From assembly GCA_964545165.1 (NCBI GenBank), contig CAZJEQ010000003.1, positions 52,990 to 116,989 of the forward strand: a stretch of DNA of 64,000 nt, written 5' to 3'. Position numbers and translations under genes: made by a program. Origin of the DNA: an uncultured Candidatus Saccharibacteria bacterium. GTDB lineage: Bacteria; Patescibacteriota; Minisyncoccia; Phycocordibacterales; UBA2100. Numbering within the stretch: position 1 is the first letter of the stretch; each line of letters starts with the position of its first letter. Below the pieces are notes generated by a model that ran no database searches, was not told where the DNA came from, and saw only the letters and a list, made by a program, of their open reading frames with translations. Shown one piece after another: positions 18,017 through 28,718 of this stretch.

Positions 18017-19324
18017 ATGCACCACGCGCCTGACGCAGCATCGTTCGACCGATTACTGGAAAGACTGTTCCCTATTTGTCGGAGCATCACGGGGAGTGGC
18101 GTGAGAGAGACACTCAAGATACTGAACGAATACATACCTCTCACGATTCACGAAGTCCCGAGCGGCACGAAAGTTTTTGATTGGACCGTCCCGTCAGAGT
18201 GGAATATTGCGGATGCGTATATAAAAAATAGTCGGGGCGAGCGCATCATTGATTTCAAGGCAAACAATCTGCATGTCGTGAATTACAGCACGCCAGTACA
18301 CCAATCAATGACGCTCGCGGAATTGCGCCCACATCTGCATTCTCTGCCGGAGCAACCCGATATTATTCCCTACAAGACCTCCTACTACCATCCAAACTGG
18401 GGCTTTTGTCTTACACACAATCAAGCGCTCGGCCTTACCGATGACACGTACGAAGTTGTCATCGACTCGACGCTCGCGCCGGGCAATCTAACGTACGGGG
18501 AATTGTTTGTGCCCGGAGAAATCGAAGAGACGGTGCTGATTTCTTGTTACGTGTGCCATCCGTCTATGGCTAACGATAATTTAAGCGGTGTGGTACTTTC
18601 TACCTTTCTCGCGCGCGAGATTCTCGCGAAGCCGCGACGCCATTCGTATCGCTTTCTATTTGTCCCCGAAACAATTGGCACGATTACCTGGCTTGCGCGC
18701 AATGAGCAAGCGGTCTCACATATTGCTCACGGACTCGTCGCCACATGCATCGGAGACAAGGGGCCGTTTACCTACAAGAAAAGCCGAAGTGGTAGAGCGC
18801 AGATAGATTTGGTAGCCGCGCAGGCGCTCCGAGAAGCCGGCGTACCTCACTCCATCATTGATTTCGCTCCGACCGGGAGCGATGAGCGGCAGTATTGTTC
18901 GCCGGGATTTGATCTTCCTGTGGGATCCTTGATGCGCACCATGTACGGTCAATTCTCGCAGTACCACACAAGCGCTGACGATCTCTCCTTCGTGCGCGGT
19001 GAATATCTGGTGCAGAGCCTCTCACTATACAACGCCATTGTCTCACTGCTTGAGACGAATGCGCGATTCGAAAGAAATCACCTGTACAAAAATATTAACC
19101 CGAAAGCAGAGCCACAGCTTGGCAAGCGCGGCCTCTACACGGCGATCGGTCCATCCAAAAATGAAGCAGAAAATGAACTCGCGATGTTCTGGGTGCTCAA
19201 TCTCTCTGACGGGACGAATTCGCTGCTCGATATTGCGCTCAGATCTAACATCCCCTTTGAGCGGATCCGAGAGATCGCCGATATTTTGATCGAACATCGT
19301 CTACTTGAAGAAGTCCGCGCGTAA
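18017..19324 (+). CDS. DUF4910 / M28 aminopeptidase-like polysaccharide biosynthesis protein with C-terminal winged helix
   Basis: Motifs LFPICRSITG, IPYKTSYY..NWGFC, CHPSMANDNLSG, PETIG, GSDERQYCSPG and YHTSAD. Confidence 0.85.
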   Translation: MHHAPDAASFDRLLERLFPICRSITGSGVRETLKILNEYIPLTIHEVPSGTKVFDWTVPSEWNIADAYIKNSRGERIIDFKANNLHVVNYSTPVHQSMTLAELRPHLHSLPEQPDIIPYKTSYYHPNWGFCLTHNQALGLTDDTYEVVIDSTLAPGNLTYGELFVPGEIEETVLISCYVCHPSMANDNLSGVVLSTFLAREILAKPRRHSYRFLFVPETIGTITWLARNEQAVSHIAHGLVATCIGDKGPFTYKKSRSGRAQIDLVAAQALREAGVPHSIIDFAPTGSDERQYCSPGFDLPVGSLMRTMYGQFSQYHTSADDLSFVRGEYLVQSLSLYNAIVSLLETNARFERNHLYKNINPKAEPQLGKRGLYTAIGPSKNEAENELAMFWVLNLSDGTNSLLDIALRSNIPFERIREIADILIEHRLLEEVRA

Positions 19325-19327
19325 TCG

Positions 19328-21253
19328 CTATTGACGCACGAAGCCGGCAGGACGAGATGGCAAATCTTCGCGCAAAAACGCTGCCAATCGCTCCGACGAA
19401 TGGCCATCAAAGGCGTACTCTCTCCTGAGAAACTCCTTGCCACGTTCGGCCACTTCTTGCCGATGCACAGGCTGCACAAGTGCTCTCATCGCGTCAACGA
19501 GAGCTGCATATGAAGCGGCTCCGACGCCGGCATCTTTAAAGCGCGCACGGAAATACGTATCGTACGCTTTTACTGGGTACAGCACGAGTGCCTTCTCAGC
19601 AATCAGCGCCTCGAACATCATGGTCGAATTACCCACCATGACTACGTCGGCCAAGCGTAGTACCGGAAACGCATCGCCATCAACGCACGCAATACCACCA
19701 TCGGGAAACACTTCAGAAATGAACCGCTGATACAGCGTCGTCATTGATCCGGGTCGGAATTTAAGGATGAGTTGGATATCGGGCACCGCGTCGTAAAGCG
19801 CTCGCAGTTCGCGTATATAGGCAGCACATTCGTGCGGATAAAAATCCATGTACAGCGAATTCGGACCTTCGGTCGGGAACGCCACCACCACGATCATCTT
19901 CTCAGGATCAAGGCCAAATCGCCGGATGTGGGCCACGCGCTCAGCCTGCGACAGTGCTAAATTTTGCAAATACGCATCAAACCGCGGCGATCCGATGGGC
20001 CGCACACGCTCAGGCGCGATGCCTAACTGCGCACGCATCATCTCTTGTGTCCCCCGACCATACGCCGCCAAATACGCCGCTTCGATGCGAGAACGTACGG
20101 TACGTGGGTCCACGATTTCTATTGCGTGCTGCAGTTCGATCGACGGCACGTTGAGTGCATACGCCACACGTGTCGCTACGAAGAAGTGTGGCTGCCGTCC
20201 GCTGTGACTGGCGCGCAAGACGACGCGATTACTCTTTTCCGTGCGTATGATGCGCTCCATCGCAAGCGCCTCTGCAATGACGCGCACCGCGTACGTGCGG
20301 ACAAGGTCGCGCGCTGCGTCTTCGACAAGCGGCCACCAATCGAGATTAGGAGAAACATGGCGGACAACCACTCTGATCGCTGGCATAGCACGCTGATACG
20401 CGGCGACATACTGCTTCGCTTCTTCAGCGGCAGCGGCACGCATATCGTCAGTCATCACGTCCAACGGATGCACAAACCGAATTCGATGCGAAAGAATAGC
20501 GCTCCACGGAATATTCTTGAATTCGCTGCGATCCATCAAGACAAGCTCTGCATCCGGCATGTGCTTGAGCAGTGGCGCGATATGCGACCAATATTCACTT
20601 GCAAATATTTTTATCTGACGCGTCGGTACACTCCATCGCACCAGTGCATTGAGCACGCGAAGTGCGCGATGTCGCCATGTTATACGCTCATGCAGCACCG
20701 TGCTCGGCGGCACACTCGCACCTTGCCCGATCACGCGTGTGTGCATACCGCGCCGTGCGATGACGAATCGCACGGCGTCAGTGAGCGCGCGTGCCTCAAA
20801 AAAAGCCAAGGGCCCGGCGCCATAGGAAATCCTCCGACCCCCTTCAGGAATGATGATTTCAGCCACATGCGGATGCGCCTCAACGACAGCTTCCACATGA
20901 TGTGCAAAGCGAAGCACGCGCTGGAGGTAAATTCTGAGTGGCGGTTCAAGGGCTTCACCAATGCGCACCTCTCCATGACGAAAGAAGGTCATCTCTGGTA
21001 TGCGATACCATAGACGAGCGAACGATTCTGCATTCGAGAGTACCTGCTCGAGTGCCTCGGCACTCCCCTGGTAGCGATCAAACGGCTCATGCGGTACGCC
21101 GCGTGCACGCAGCTCCTCTTGCGCCCAGAAATCCAACGCAATAACGGTCGGCGTCGCTTCCGTTGTGCGGACCTCTTCGGATATCTCGCGAGCCGTCCGT
21201 GCATCACATGCGATGATCAAGCGTTCTGGTGTCATATACGAACCTGTATGCAC
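19328..21253 (-). CDS. Putative GT-B / TagF-like surface-polysaccharide transferase
   Basis: C-terminal motifs ELQHA, IGSPRFD, LKFRP, NSTMMFEA and FDGHSSER resemble CDP-glycerol-phosphotransferase and sialyltransferase-like folds. Confidence 0.55.
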   Translation of the reverse strand: MHTGSYMTPERLIIACDARTAREISEEVRTTEATPTVIALDFWAQEELRARGVPHEPFDRYQGSAEALEQVLSNAESFARLWYRIPEMTFFRHGEVRIGEALEPPLRIYLQRVLRFAHHVEAVVEAHPHVAEIIIPEGGRRISYGAGPLAFFEARALTDAVRFVIARRGMHTRVIGQGASVPPSTVLHERITWRHRALRVLNALVRWSVPTRQIKIFASEYWSHIAPLLKHMPDAELVLMDRSEFKNIPWSAILSHRIRFVHPLDVMTDDMRAAAAEEAKQYVAAYQRAMPAIRVVVRHVSPNLDWWPLVEDAARDLVRTYAVRVIAEALAMERIIRTEKSNRVVLRASHSGRQPHFFVATRVAYALNVPSIELQHAIEIVDPRTVRSRIEAAYLAAYGRGTQEMMRAQLGIAPERVRPIGSPRFDAYLQNLALSQAERVAHIRRFGLDPEKMIVVVAFPTEGPNSLYMDFYPHECAAYIRELRALYDAVPDIQLILKFRPGSMTTLYQRFISEVFPDGGIACVDGDAFPVLRLADVVMVGNSTMMFEALIAEKALVLYPVKAYDTYFRARFKDAGVGAASYAALVDAMRALVQPVHRQEVAERGKEFLRREYAFDGHSSERLAAFLREDLPSRPAGFVRQ

Positions 21254-21271
21254 GTATCTACGCGCGATAGT

Positions 21272-22072
21272 TCACGCGTGGTCAAACGTGTCTTGAAGCG
21301 AAGCGATGCGATGTTCGAGCGTAAAGAATACGCCAAAAATTTCTCGCAGGAGGAACGCCCAGAAAAACGCCGCATACGTGTAGATCGCGAATGAGAGCAA
21401 CGGATGGCCTGCAAGATCGGCAAACCACAGACGCTCTGCAAGCGATGCCAAGAAAAGTACGATGACCATGACTGCAAAATAGCGAAGACTGTAGACAAAC
21501 TGCTTGAGCGAGCGTACCGAGCCGACCGATGGATGTGCATCATCATGAAGCACCGGCGTCTCCACACTTCGCGTCGGTAGAGTGAAATTCTTGCGGTGCT
21601 GCGCGTAGTGCACGTACATATAGCGCGGAAGATCTCCATTGACGCGCGTAAATGTGAGCGCGAGCGCACCGAGCATGCCGGTGACGAGAAGCGGCATATT
21701 CGGCGTACCGAATGCATCCGACACCCAGAGCGTGAGTCCAAAAAAGAAGAGACTCTCCATTCCAACATGATTCAATAGATCAAGGTAGACCCCGCGAAGA
21801 GAATATTTCTTTTTATATCGTGCAACTTCTCCATCAGTGGCATCGAGGACGATACAGAGATAGGTGAGGAAGAAGCCAAGCCATATGGAGCCGAGCGCCA
21901 GCGCGAGCGCACCGACAATTCCCGTCAGGAGCATAAGGACCGTGATCTGATTGGGGGTCACGCTCGTCGAAAGGAAAAGACGCGTGAGGTAAATCGAGAG
22001 CTTCCGCTGCAATATAGGATGCCCTGCGACATTGGTCTGCAACATACCCCGCAATGTTTTGATCGATTCCAT
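21272..22072 (-). CDS. CDP-alcohol phosphotransferase family protein
   Basis: TPNQIT plus the signature DATDGEVAR......RGVYLD; TM helices. Confidence 0.88.
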   Translation of the reverse strand: MESIKTLRGMLQTNVAGHPILQRKLSIYLTRLFLSTSVTPNQITVLMLLTGIVGALALALGSIWLGFFLTYLCIVLDATDGEVARYKKKYSLRGVYLDLLNHVGMESLFFFGLTLWVSDAFGTPNMPLLVTGMLGALALTFTRVNGDLPRYMYVHYAQHRKNFTLPTRSVETPVLHDDAHPSVGSVRSLKQFVYSLRYFAVMVIVLFLASLAERLWFADLAGHPLLSFAIYTYAAFFWAFLLREIFGVFFTLEHRIASLQDTFDHA

Positions 22073-22114
22073 GGTGCGATAGTACCCTAGAAAATTCCCG
22101 TTGGATACACGCCC

Positions 22115-23227
22115 TTAGAGCATCTCGGCGAGAGTCTCGCGGACGGCATGCTCCGTAAATCGGCGTGGGTTGTTCGCCGCGCGCTGCTCGGATACGTCAG
22201 CGAGAATGGTCGAGAAATCTGTCTGTGCAATGCCAAATTCCGAAAGCCGCGTGGCGAGACCACAATCATGGATCAGCATGCCGAGCTGCTGCGCTGCGGC
22301 CTCCGCATCTCTCGCACCTATTAACGTGTTGATCTCAGCAAGCGCGTCACGCACGTACTGTGCGCCTCGCTGGTCGTTGCAATCTGCGTCCGTCACCTCA
22401 GCATTAAAACGGATCAGCTGGCCAATCGAGAGTGCGACCGCATGGCCATGCGGTATGCCGAAGTGCGCGGTAAGCGGATAGGAGAGCGCGTGCGAGGCCG
22501 TGGTGCGAGAGATATTAATTGCCTTGCCGGCGAGGTGCGCGGCACGCATCATTCCCTCCCGCGCCGCCTTGTCACTCTGTATCGCGCCACGGAGATTCGC
22601 CAGCGCGAGCGTGATCGCTTCACGTGCATATGCTTTTGACTCATTCGTTGATCGCACCGACCAGTACGATTCAACACCCTGACAAAGCGCATCGAGCCCG
22701 GATGCGGCTGTGACAGCGGCGGGCAGATCGTACGTGCACACAGAATCTGCGATCGAATACTCAGGCAATATATATTCGTGGTCGAGTGAATACTTTTTGC
22801 TGCCGATGTAGACCACTGCAAATTGTGTCGCCTCGCTGCCCGAGCCCGCGGTCGTCGGGATGGCGATCAGTGGTACGCCCCTGTGCTCTAACTTCGCCGA
22901 CCCTTCTACATATGCGGTAGGCGCATCGGTCTGTGCGGCAAGCGCGTTCACGCTCTTGGCCATATCAATAACGCTGCCGCCGCCAATGGCGACGACGCAC
23001 TCAGGATCGAATGCGCGATATGCCGCGATACCCTTCGCCACCTCTTCGATCGCGGGATTCGGCGAGAAATCAGAAAACCGCTCAACCTCGACTCCCTCCA
23101 GGCACGGAGCTACCAGTGGCTCGACCGATGCGTACGACGCACCGCCCGTGACGAGCAAGACGCGCTTGGCGCCCAGCTTCTGTATGATCTCGCGCAGCGC
23201 TTCGATGTGTTGGAATTCTTGCTGCAT
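22115..23227 (-). CDS. Phosphonoacetaldehyde reductase (Fe-containing alcohol dehydrogenase family)
   Basis: Motifs GGGSVIDMAK, PTTAGSGSEAT, DALCQGVES, SRTTASHALSYP and PHGHAV; directly downstream of ppd. Confidence 0.88.
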   Translation of the reverse strand: MQQEFQHIEALREIIQKLGAKRVLLVTGGASYASVEPLVAPCLEGVEVERFSDFSPNPAIEEVAKGIAAYRAFDPECVVAIGGGSVIDMAKSVNALAAQTDAPTAYVEGSAKLEHRGVPLIAIPTTAGSGSEATQFAVVYIGSKKYSLDHEYILPEYSIADSVCTYDLPAAVTAASGLDALCQGVESYWSVRSTNESKAYAREAITLALANLRGAIQSDKAAREGMMRAAHLAGKAINISRTTASHALSYPLTAHFGIPHGHAVALSIGQLIRFNAEVTDADCNDQRGAQYVRDALAEINTLIGARDAEAAAQQLGMLIHDCGLATRLSEFGIAQTDFSTILADVSEQRAANNPRRFTEHAVRETLAEML

Positions 23228-23234
23228 ACCTCCA

Positions 23235-24365
23235 CTATCGCTTCTTGAGGAATTTCATCAAGTCCTTTTTATTCTGAAGCGGCGTGCGGGTGGGGCGTCC
23301 CAGATCTTTGCGGCTCCCGCCAGCGATGCGGATCTCGAGGAGTGCCGGTCCTTTCGCTTTCTTGAGCTTCGCCATACCGGCTTTGAGGTCTTTCGATGTC
23401 GAGGCGACGACAGCATCACGATACCCAGATGCCTCAGCGATCTTCTTAAAATTCGCGACGAAGCCTGCTGTGGGTTGTCCGCCGACGGATTCGTGTACGC
23501 CATTGTTGAAGACGATGTGCTTGAGGTTTTTTGGCGCTGCCTGGCCAATGACGGTCCAGCCGCCGAGGTGCATGATCGCCGCGCCGTCGCCATCGAAGCA
23601 GTAGACCGGGCGCTTCGGCTGCGCGAGTGCAATACCGAGCGCGATCTGCGAGGCGTGTCCCATGGAGCCCACGGTCAGGAAATCGCGGTGATGACCGGCC
23701 TTATGTGACTGCCGATGCTCGAAGAGTTCTCGTGACAATTTCCCCGTGGTCGAGACGACCACTGCATTCTCCGACACAAAAGCGGACATGATGTGGAGCG
23801 CTACTTCGCGCGTGAGCGGGTAATCGACACCGACTTGCTTCTTGGGCTTGTACGCTTCAAATGTACCTTCGCGCACCACAAGTGCAACGGGTCGATTTTC
23901 TTTCTTCGCTTTCGCGACGAGCTGCTTTACGCACGCGATCGCTTTGCGCTCGTCGGCGGGCAGAACCGCGTGCGCGATGCCGAGCGTCTTCAAAAGCGGG
24001 ATGGTGAGCGGACCCTGCGCGAGATGCTGCGGCTCATCGTGTTTTCCCGGCTCGCCGCGCCAACCGATGATCAGGAGAAGTGGCACAGCGTAGACCTTGG
24101 CGTGCGCCAGCGAGAGCAAGGGATTCACCGCATTGCCAAGCCCAGAATTCTGGAGATACACCGCAGCGATTTGTCCCGAGGCGAGATAGTGCCCCGCGGC
24201 AATCGCGACGGCATTCCCCTCATTGGCGGCGATGACATGTGATGTCGGACGTGCTCTGTCTGTGACGTAGGCGCAAAAATCCTTGAGCAACGAATCTGGC
24301 ACGCCAGTAAAAAATGTAACACCCTTCTTCTGCAGTGCGTCGAACAGTATCTTCGGGCGCACCAT
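23235..24365 (-). CDS. aepY: Phosphonopyruvate decarboxylase
   Basis: Motifs FFTGVPDSLLK, ANEGNA, QNSGLGNAVNPL, WRGEPG..DEPQH, VGSMGH and the ThDP motif DGDG...NNGVHESVGGQ. Confidence 0.95.
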   Translation of the reverse strand: MVRPKILFDALQKKGVTFFTGVPDSLLKDFCAYVTDRARPTSHVIAANEGNAVAIAAGHYLASGQIAAVYLQNSGLGNAVNPLLSLAHAKVYAVPLLLIIGWRGEPGKHDEPQHLAQGPLTIPLLKTLGIAHAVLPADERKAIACVKQLVAKAKKENRPVALVVREGTFEAYKPKKQVGVDYPLTREVALHIMSAFVSENAVVVSTTGKLSRELFEHRQSHKAGHHRDFLTVGSMGHASQIALGIALAQPKRPVYCFDGDGAAIMHLGGWTVIGQAAPKNLKHIVFNNGVHESVGGQPTAGFVANFKKIAEASGYRDAVVASTSKDLKAGMAKLKKAKGPALLEIRIAGGSRKDLGRPTRTPLQNKKDLMKFLKKR

Positions 24366-24367
24366 AG

Positions 24368-25720
24368 CTACTGAGCACCTCCCTTCCAGTCGATGAGGCG
24401 GAGAATGTTTTTCAAGGGCATACAGTACGCCTCGTCTGCCTCATGCGAGCGACCATGCTCGAGGATGGACTCGGCCGTCTTGACCATGGCAGGATAAGCA
24501 CTTCTGAGAAGGTGATTGGCATAGATCACCATGTTGACCCCTGCTTTCTCAAGCTCTGCTTCCGTGATGACGTTGTAGGTCGTTGGCACCGCGACGAGCA
24601 TCACTTTGTCTTTAAATTTCGCATACGCTTTGCAGAATTCGAGAACCTCTGCGGGATCCTTTTCTTTACTGTGGATCATGATGCCATCCGCACCTGCCGC
24701 AATATAGGCCTTTGCACGAATGAGCGCATCCTCAACCCCTTTCCCAGCGATAAGACTCTCGAGTCGCGCGATGATCATAAAGTCTTCCGTCACCTGCGCG
24801 CGTTTTCCTTCGTGGATCTTGTGCGCGAATGCATCCACATCCTCGAGCTGTTGCTCAACTTCGGTGCCGAAGAGCGAATTCTGCTTGAGGCCGCGTTTAT
24901 CTTCTATGATCACCGCCGAGACACCAAGGCGCTCGAGTGTGCGCACCAGATACGGGAATCGCTCTGTCATCCCACCTGTGTCGCCATCAAACACCAGCGG
25001 CTTCGTCGTGACTTCGAGGATGTCGTGGAGCGTGGTGACACGCGAGGTGTTGTCGACGAGCTCGATGTCGGGCTTACCCTTGGACGTCGAATCCGTGAGA
25101 CTCGACGACCACATAAAATCGAAATCGCGCTTCACGCCGTCGACGACGACCGAGGTGTGCTCGGCGATAAGTCCCGTGAGTCCGTTGTGCGCTTCGATAC
25201 CACGGATGAGGGGCTTTGCCTGCAGCAGCCGATTCAAGCGTTTGAGACGGATCTGCGGAGTGGTGCCAATTTCTTTGAGCGCCGCATTGAGGGCGGTGGA
25301 TGAGACACCGCGCGTGTACGGCACCTCGACGAGCTGACCTCCCCACGAGCTGAGCGTTTCGATGACCTGCTCGCGCGTGCGGCGCTGCACCCCGTGTTTC
25401 CAATCGTCGCCATGCACCACAACATCAGGTTTGTACTTTTTCAGATTCGGGCGGTAATCGAGAGTTTTTTGTGGCACGACCTGCGAGACCCCTTTTATAT
25501 TTTCGATCACGACTTTGCGCTGCTCATACGGCATGTGTGGCAGGCGCTTGTAGCTCGCGATAGCGGTATCCGTGAGGAGGCCGACGGTGACGTCGCCCAA
25601 CTCCGCACCCTTTTGGATGATATTCAAATGTCCGGGATGGACAAGATCTGCGCTCATGCCGATGTAGACCTGGGGGTGCTTTTTAGACGGCGAGGAGCTC
25701 TTTTTGTTGTTTTTGACCAT
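24368..25720 (-). CDS. pepM: Phosphoenolpyruvate mutase fused to an N-terminal HxGH cytidylyltransferase domain
   Basis: N-terminal DLVHPGH and HGDDW; PepM signature [10 protein letters not shown] (EDK-X5-NS). Start trimmed to MVKNNK at 25720. Confidence 0.95.
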   Translation of the reverse strand: MVKNNKKSSSPSKKHPQVYIGMSADLVHPGHLNIIQKGAELGDVTVGLLTDTAIASYKRLPHMPYEQRKVVIENIKGVSQVVPQKTLDYRPNLKKYKPDVVVHGDDWKHGVQRRTREQVIETLSSWGGQLVEVPYTRGVSSTALNAALKEIGTTPQIRLKRLNRLLQAKPLIRGIEAHNGLTGLIAEHTSVVVDGVKRDFDFMWSSSLTDSTSKGKPDIELVDNTSRVTTLHDILEVTTKPLVFDGDTGGMTERFPYLVRTLERLGVSAVIIEDKRGLKQNSLFGTEVEQQLEDVDAFAHKIHEGKRAQVTEDFMIIARLESLIAGKGVEDALIRAKAYIAAGADGIMIHSKEKDPAEVLEFCKAYAKFKDKVMLVAVPTTYNVITEAELEKAGVNMVIYANHLLRSAYPAMVKTAESILEHGRSHEADEAYCMPLKNILRLIDWKGGAQ

Positions 25721-25788
25721 GTCAGCAAAGTACAACTTTTGGGCCAAAATTGCAAGTCCCTTACGGGGACAGCGCATCTCTGCAGCGA

Positions 25789-26919
25789 TCAGCTGCTGCG
25801 TCGGATGAATTCCATGATGCGCTCAGTGCGCTTCTGCCAGGAGTGCTGCTCGGCAAGAGCGCGAGCCCGCTCCAGCATCGCCTGGTCGGCGCTCTCGAGT
25901 GCACGGCGTACGCTCTCGGTGAGCGAGTGCGCATCATCCGGCTCGTACCAATACACATCCCCTTCGGCGATAAAGCTCTTGAGGGCCGGTGTCGCGCTCG
26001 CGACAATCGGGCGTCGTGCCGCCATGTATTCATACACTTTCATGGGCGTCGTGTGTCGAAATGACTCTTCGTTGGTTGTGGTGCCTAAAATGATCAGTGC
26101 ATCGGCGGCGGCAAGCCAGGTGGGTACCTGCGCGGGACCGCACTCGCCCATGATGCGCAGATTCGGCGGGCGCATGCCGCCGACTACCGCATCCCACTCG
26201 GCTTCGGAGCCGCCGACCACATAGAAGGTAATATCCGGCATCGCGCGCGCCGCATCATGCAAGATGTCGAGCCCCTTCCAATCAAAGAAGCGGCCGAGAT
26301 ACAGCGCACTCTGTTCGTCACTCGACAATCCGAGGCGTCGGCGCGCCTCTTCGCGGGATGGCATGGATTCATAACGGGCAAGGTCCACGCCATTGGGCTC
26401 GATCAGGATCGGCACATGCGGTGCGGTGAATCCATTTTCCGAGGGTGTGTTATGCACGCTGGTCGCAATAATGCCGTCCGCGTGTCGGAAGAAAAACCGA
26501 TTGAGCAAGGTGCGCGATTTGCCGGTGTGCATTTCCGCAAAGACCGGAAATCCACGTCGAATGAGCAACGCGTACGAGAAGGTGTCCATATCTATCGTAT
26601 AGACGACTGCCTTTCCTCGCATCCGCTCGCGCAAAAGGTACAGTCCACTCGTGACGATAAACACGAGCGAACTGAGAAAGAACCAGAAACGCCCGCTCGC
26701 GTATCCATCGATCCCCGGGAGAATCCGTGTCGGTATATCGACACGCAGTTCATAAAAATCCTTCATCGTTGCCGAAGAAGCGGCGCGCGTGCGCGGTATC
26801 ACCAGCTCGAGATCGACGCCGGACTCAATAAACGCCTCACACATCTTGGCGATCTGGACACCGTATGCCTTCTTGTTCGGCAGACGCGCATTTACCACGT
26901 AGTAGATCTTTGCTTTCAT
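25789..26919 (-). CDS. Glycosyltransferase family 4
   Basis: Motifs PNGVD, YLGRF..KG and [10 protein letters not shown]. Confidence 0.88.
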   Translation of the reverse strand: MKAKIYYVVNARLPNKKAYGVQIAKMCEAFIESGVDLELVIPRTRAASSATMKDFYELRVDIPTRILPGIDGYASGRFWFFLSSLVFIVTSGLYLLRERMRGKAVVYTIDMDTFSYALLIRRGFPVFAEMHTGKSRTLLNRFFFRHADGIIATSVHNTPSENGFTAPHVPILIEPNGVDLARYESMPSREEARRRLGLSSDEQSALYLGRFFDWKGLDILHDAARAMPDITFYVVGGSEAEWDAVVGGMRPPNLRIMGECGPAQVPTWLAAADALIILGTTTNEESFRHTTPMKVYEYMAARRPIVASATPALKSFIAEGDVYWYEPDDAHSLTESVRRALESADQAMLERARALAEQHSWQKRTERIMEFIRRSS

Positions 26920-27701
26920 AGCTGCGGTGAGTCGAGCACGTCGCCGTTTCGAGATGCAGAAAAAAGCACCACGCGCCCGCCGGGCACATCCGTCGTCGAG
27001 ACGCGGTGTGTTTTCTGTAGTGTCGCGACAGCCTCATCAATAGATCGTCCGGTTTTTACCGGGTGCAGCTCTCCGAGGATCAGTCGAACATGCGGCAGGG
27101 CGCGAGTGGATTGCAGCACATCGAATTCCGCTCCCTCGATGTCGATCTTGAGGATGTCGACCGACTCGTCTCCCACGATCTCGTCGAGCGTCACCGATGC
27201 GACAAGCCGCTCGACGGCCTCATCTGATCGGAAAAAAGACGATTGCGTACTTCTATCGGACTCAAAGAAACTGATCTCCCCTCCGCTGGCCGATACTGCC
27301 GCTTGGTGCAGCTCGATCTTGGCATCATGCGCAAAATTCTTCTGGAGCGTGGCAAAGGCCGCCGCGCCCGGTTCGTATGCGCGAATCTGCGCTTCCGGAT
27401 ACTTCAAACGAAACCACAGTACCGAGATGCCGATATTTGCTCCGAGATCGATAATGGTGCGGACGCGCTCGAGATTCGTTTCGTACGAGCCGGTCACGAA
27501 CACGTCGTTGATTGTATAGATGTCGCCAATATCGCCCGTGAGATGAACAATGCCGGAGCGACCGAAGGCGCGCAGCGAGACCGTGTAGGCGCCTGCGTAC
27601 CACACGAGTGCATGGTACAAAAGCTTCATCGCAGACAGCGGATCCGCTGCGCAGTGGATGATCTGCATCACGATGCGGACTTTGTTGAAGAGTCGTTTCA
27701 T
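26916..27701 (-). CDS. FkbM family methyltransferase
   Basis: Motifs IDLGANIG, AYEP and LKIDIEGAE. Start trimmed to MKRLFN at 27701. Confidence 0.88.
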   Translation of the reverse strand: MKRLFNKVRIVMQIIHCAADPLSAMKLLYHALVWYAGAYTVSLRAFGRSGIVHLTGDIGDIYTINDVFVTGSYETNLERVRTIIDLGANIGISVLWFRLKYPEAQIRAYEPGAAAFATLQKNFAHDAKIELHQAAVSASGGEISFFESDRSTQSSFFRSDEAVERLVASVTLDEIVGDESVDILKIDIEGAEFDVLQSTRALPHVRLILGELHPVKTGRSIDEAVATLQKTHRVSTTDVPGGRVVLFSASRNGDVLDSPQL

Positions 27702-28714
27702 AGTGAGGAGAGGATCTTTGTGGTCAATGCGGTCAGCGAATGGCGCGCTTCGACCTCCGCGCGAAGCTGTGTGACATCGATCGATGCGGCTGCGGTGATT
27801 GTCTCTGCCAGGATCTCGGGAGCGTTGTCCTCGAGAAAGAGGCCGGTACCCGCGAGTAGGGATCGGAAGGGTGCACTCGATGAGATGGCGGGAATGCCGC
27901 ACGCGAGCGCTTCGAGGACGACCTTATCATAGCCACCGGTCGCGCTGATGTTTACGAGCACGTCACTCTCGCGTAACTTCCCGGGCAACTCCGCGTATGC
28001 AACGGCACCCGCAAACTGTACCCGGTCTTTGTAGGATCGCGTACCGATCTCATCCTTGAGTAGCCCGGCGTATATGCGCTCCTCTTCGGTAAGCGGTGTG
28101 CCTATAATGGTCAACGTAAAATCGACCGCGCGTCTGTGCAGCTCATCGCAGGCGAGCAGTATTTCCCGTAAGCCCTTGGAGGCAGCGATGCGGCCGATCG
28201 AAACAATCCGCAATCCCTGGTGCGGTGCACGAACGCCCGGAGAAAAGCGCTCGGTGTCGATGCCGTGTCCGACGACTCGTATTTTCTTTGAGCGAATGCC
28301 GATGCTCGCCGGCGAGACGGTAAATATGACGTGGGCAACGAAAGCTGCTACTCGGAGCCACAGTGTGATGCTTTTGTGCACGTACCACAGACCGATTCGC
28401 TTATTCCAGAGCCGCCAGAGAATCCCACCGAGCACGACGTACTGGGGATTCATATGGACAAATACCGCATCGTACTCGCTTCGGAGTGTCCCTATGAGTC
28501 GATAAAATCGAAGCAGGTAGCCGAGTCGCGAAACGCCTGATTCCTTGCCGAGTGAATGGACTGTTACGTGAGAAGGTAGTGCATGCACACCTTCCTGCAA
28601 GGTGATGACGTGAATCTGCTCACATGCACGCGCCAGCGCCTCTATTTGCCCATGAAAAAAACCGAGATTTGAATGCTCTCGATCCACCACTTGCGTGACG
28701 ATGAGCAATTTCAT
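27698..28714 (-). CDS. Glycosyltransferase family 4
   Basis: Motifs VGHGID, IGRIAASKG and DKVVLEALACG. Confidence 0.88.
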   Translation of the reverse strand: MKLLIVTQVVDREHSNLGFFHGQIEALARACEQIHVITLQEGVHALPSHVTVHSLGKESGVSRLGYLLRFYRLIGTLRSEYDAVFVHMNPQYVVLGGILWRLWNKRIGLWYVHKSITLWLRVAAFVAHVIFTVSPASIGIRSKKIRVVGHGIDTERFSPGVRAPHQGLRIVSIGRIAASKGLREILLACDELHRRAVDFTLTIIGTPLTEEERIYAGLLKDEIGTRSYKDRVQFAGAVAYAELPGKLRESDVLVNISATGGYDKVVLEALACGIPAISSSAPFRSLLAGTGLFLEDNAPEILAETITAAASIDVTQLRAEVEARHSLTALTTKILSSL

Positions 28715-28718
28715 TTGG

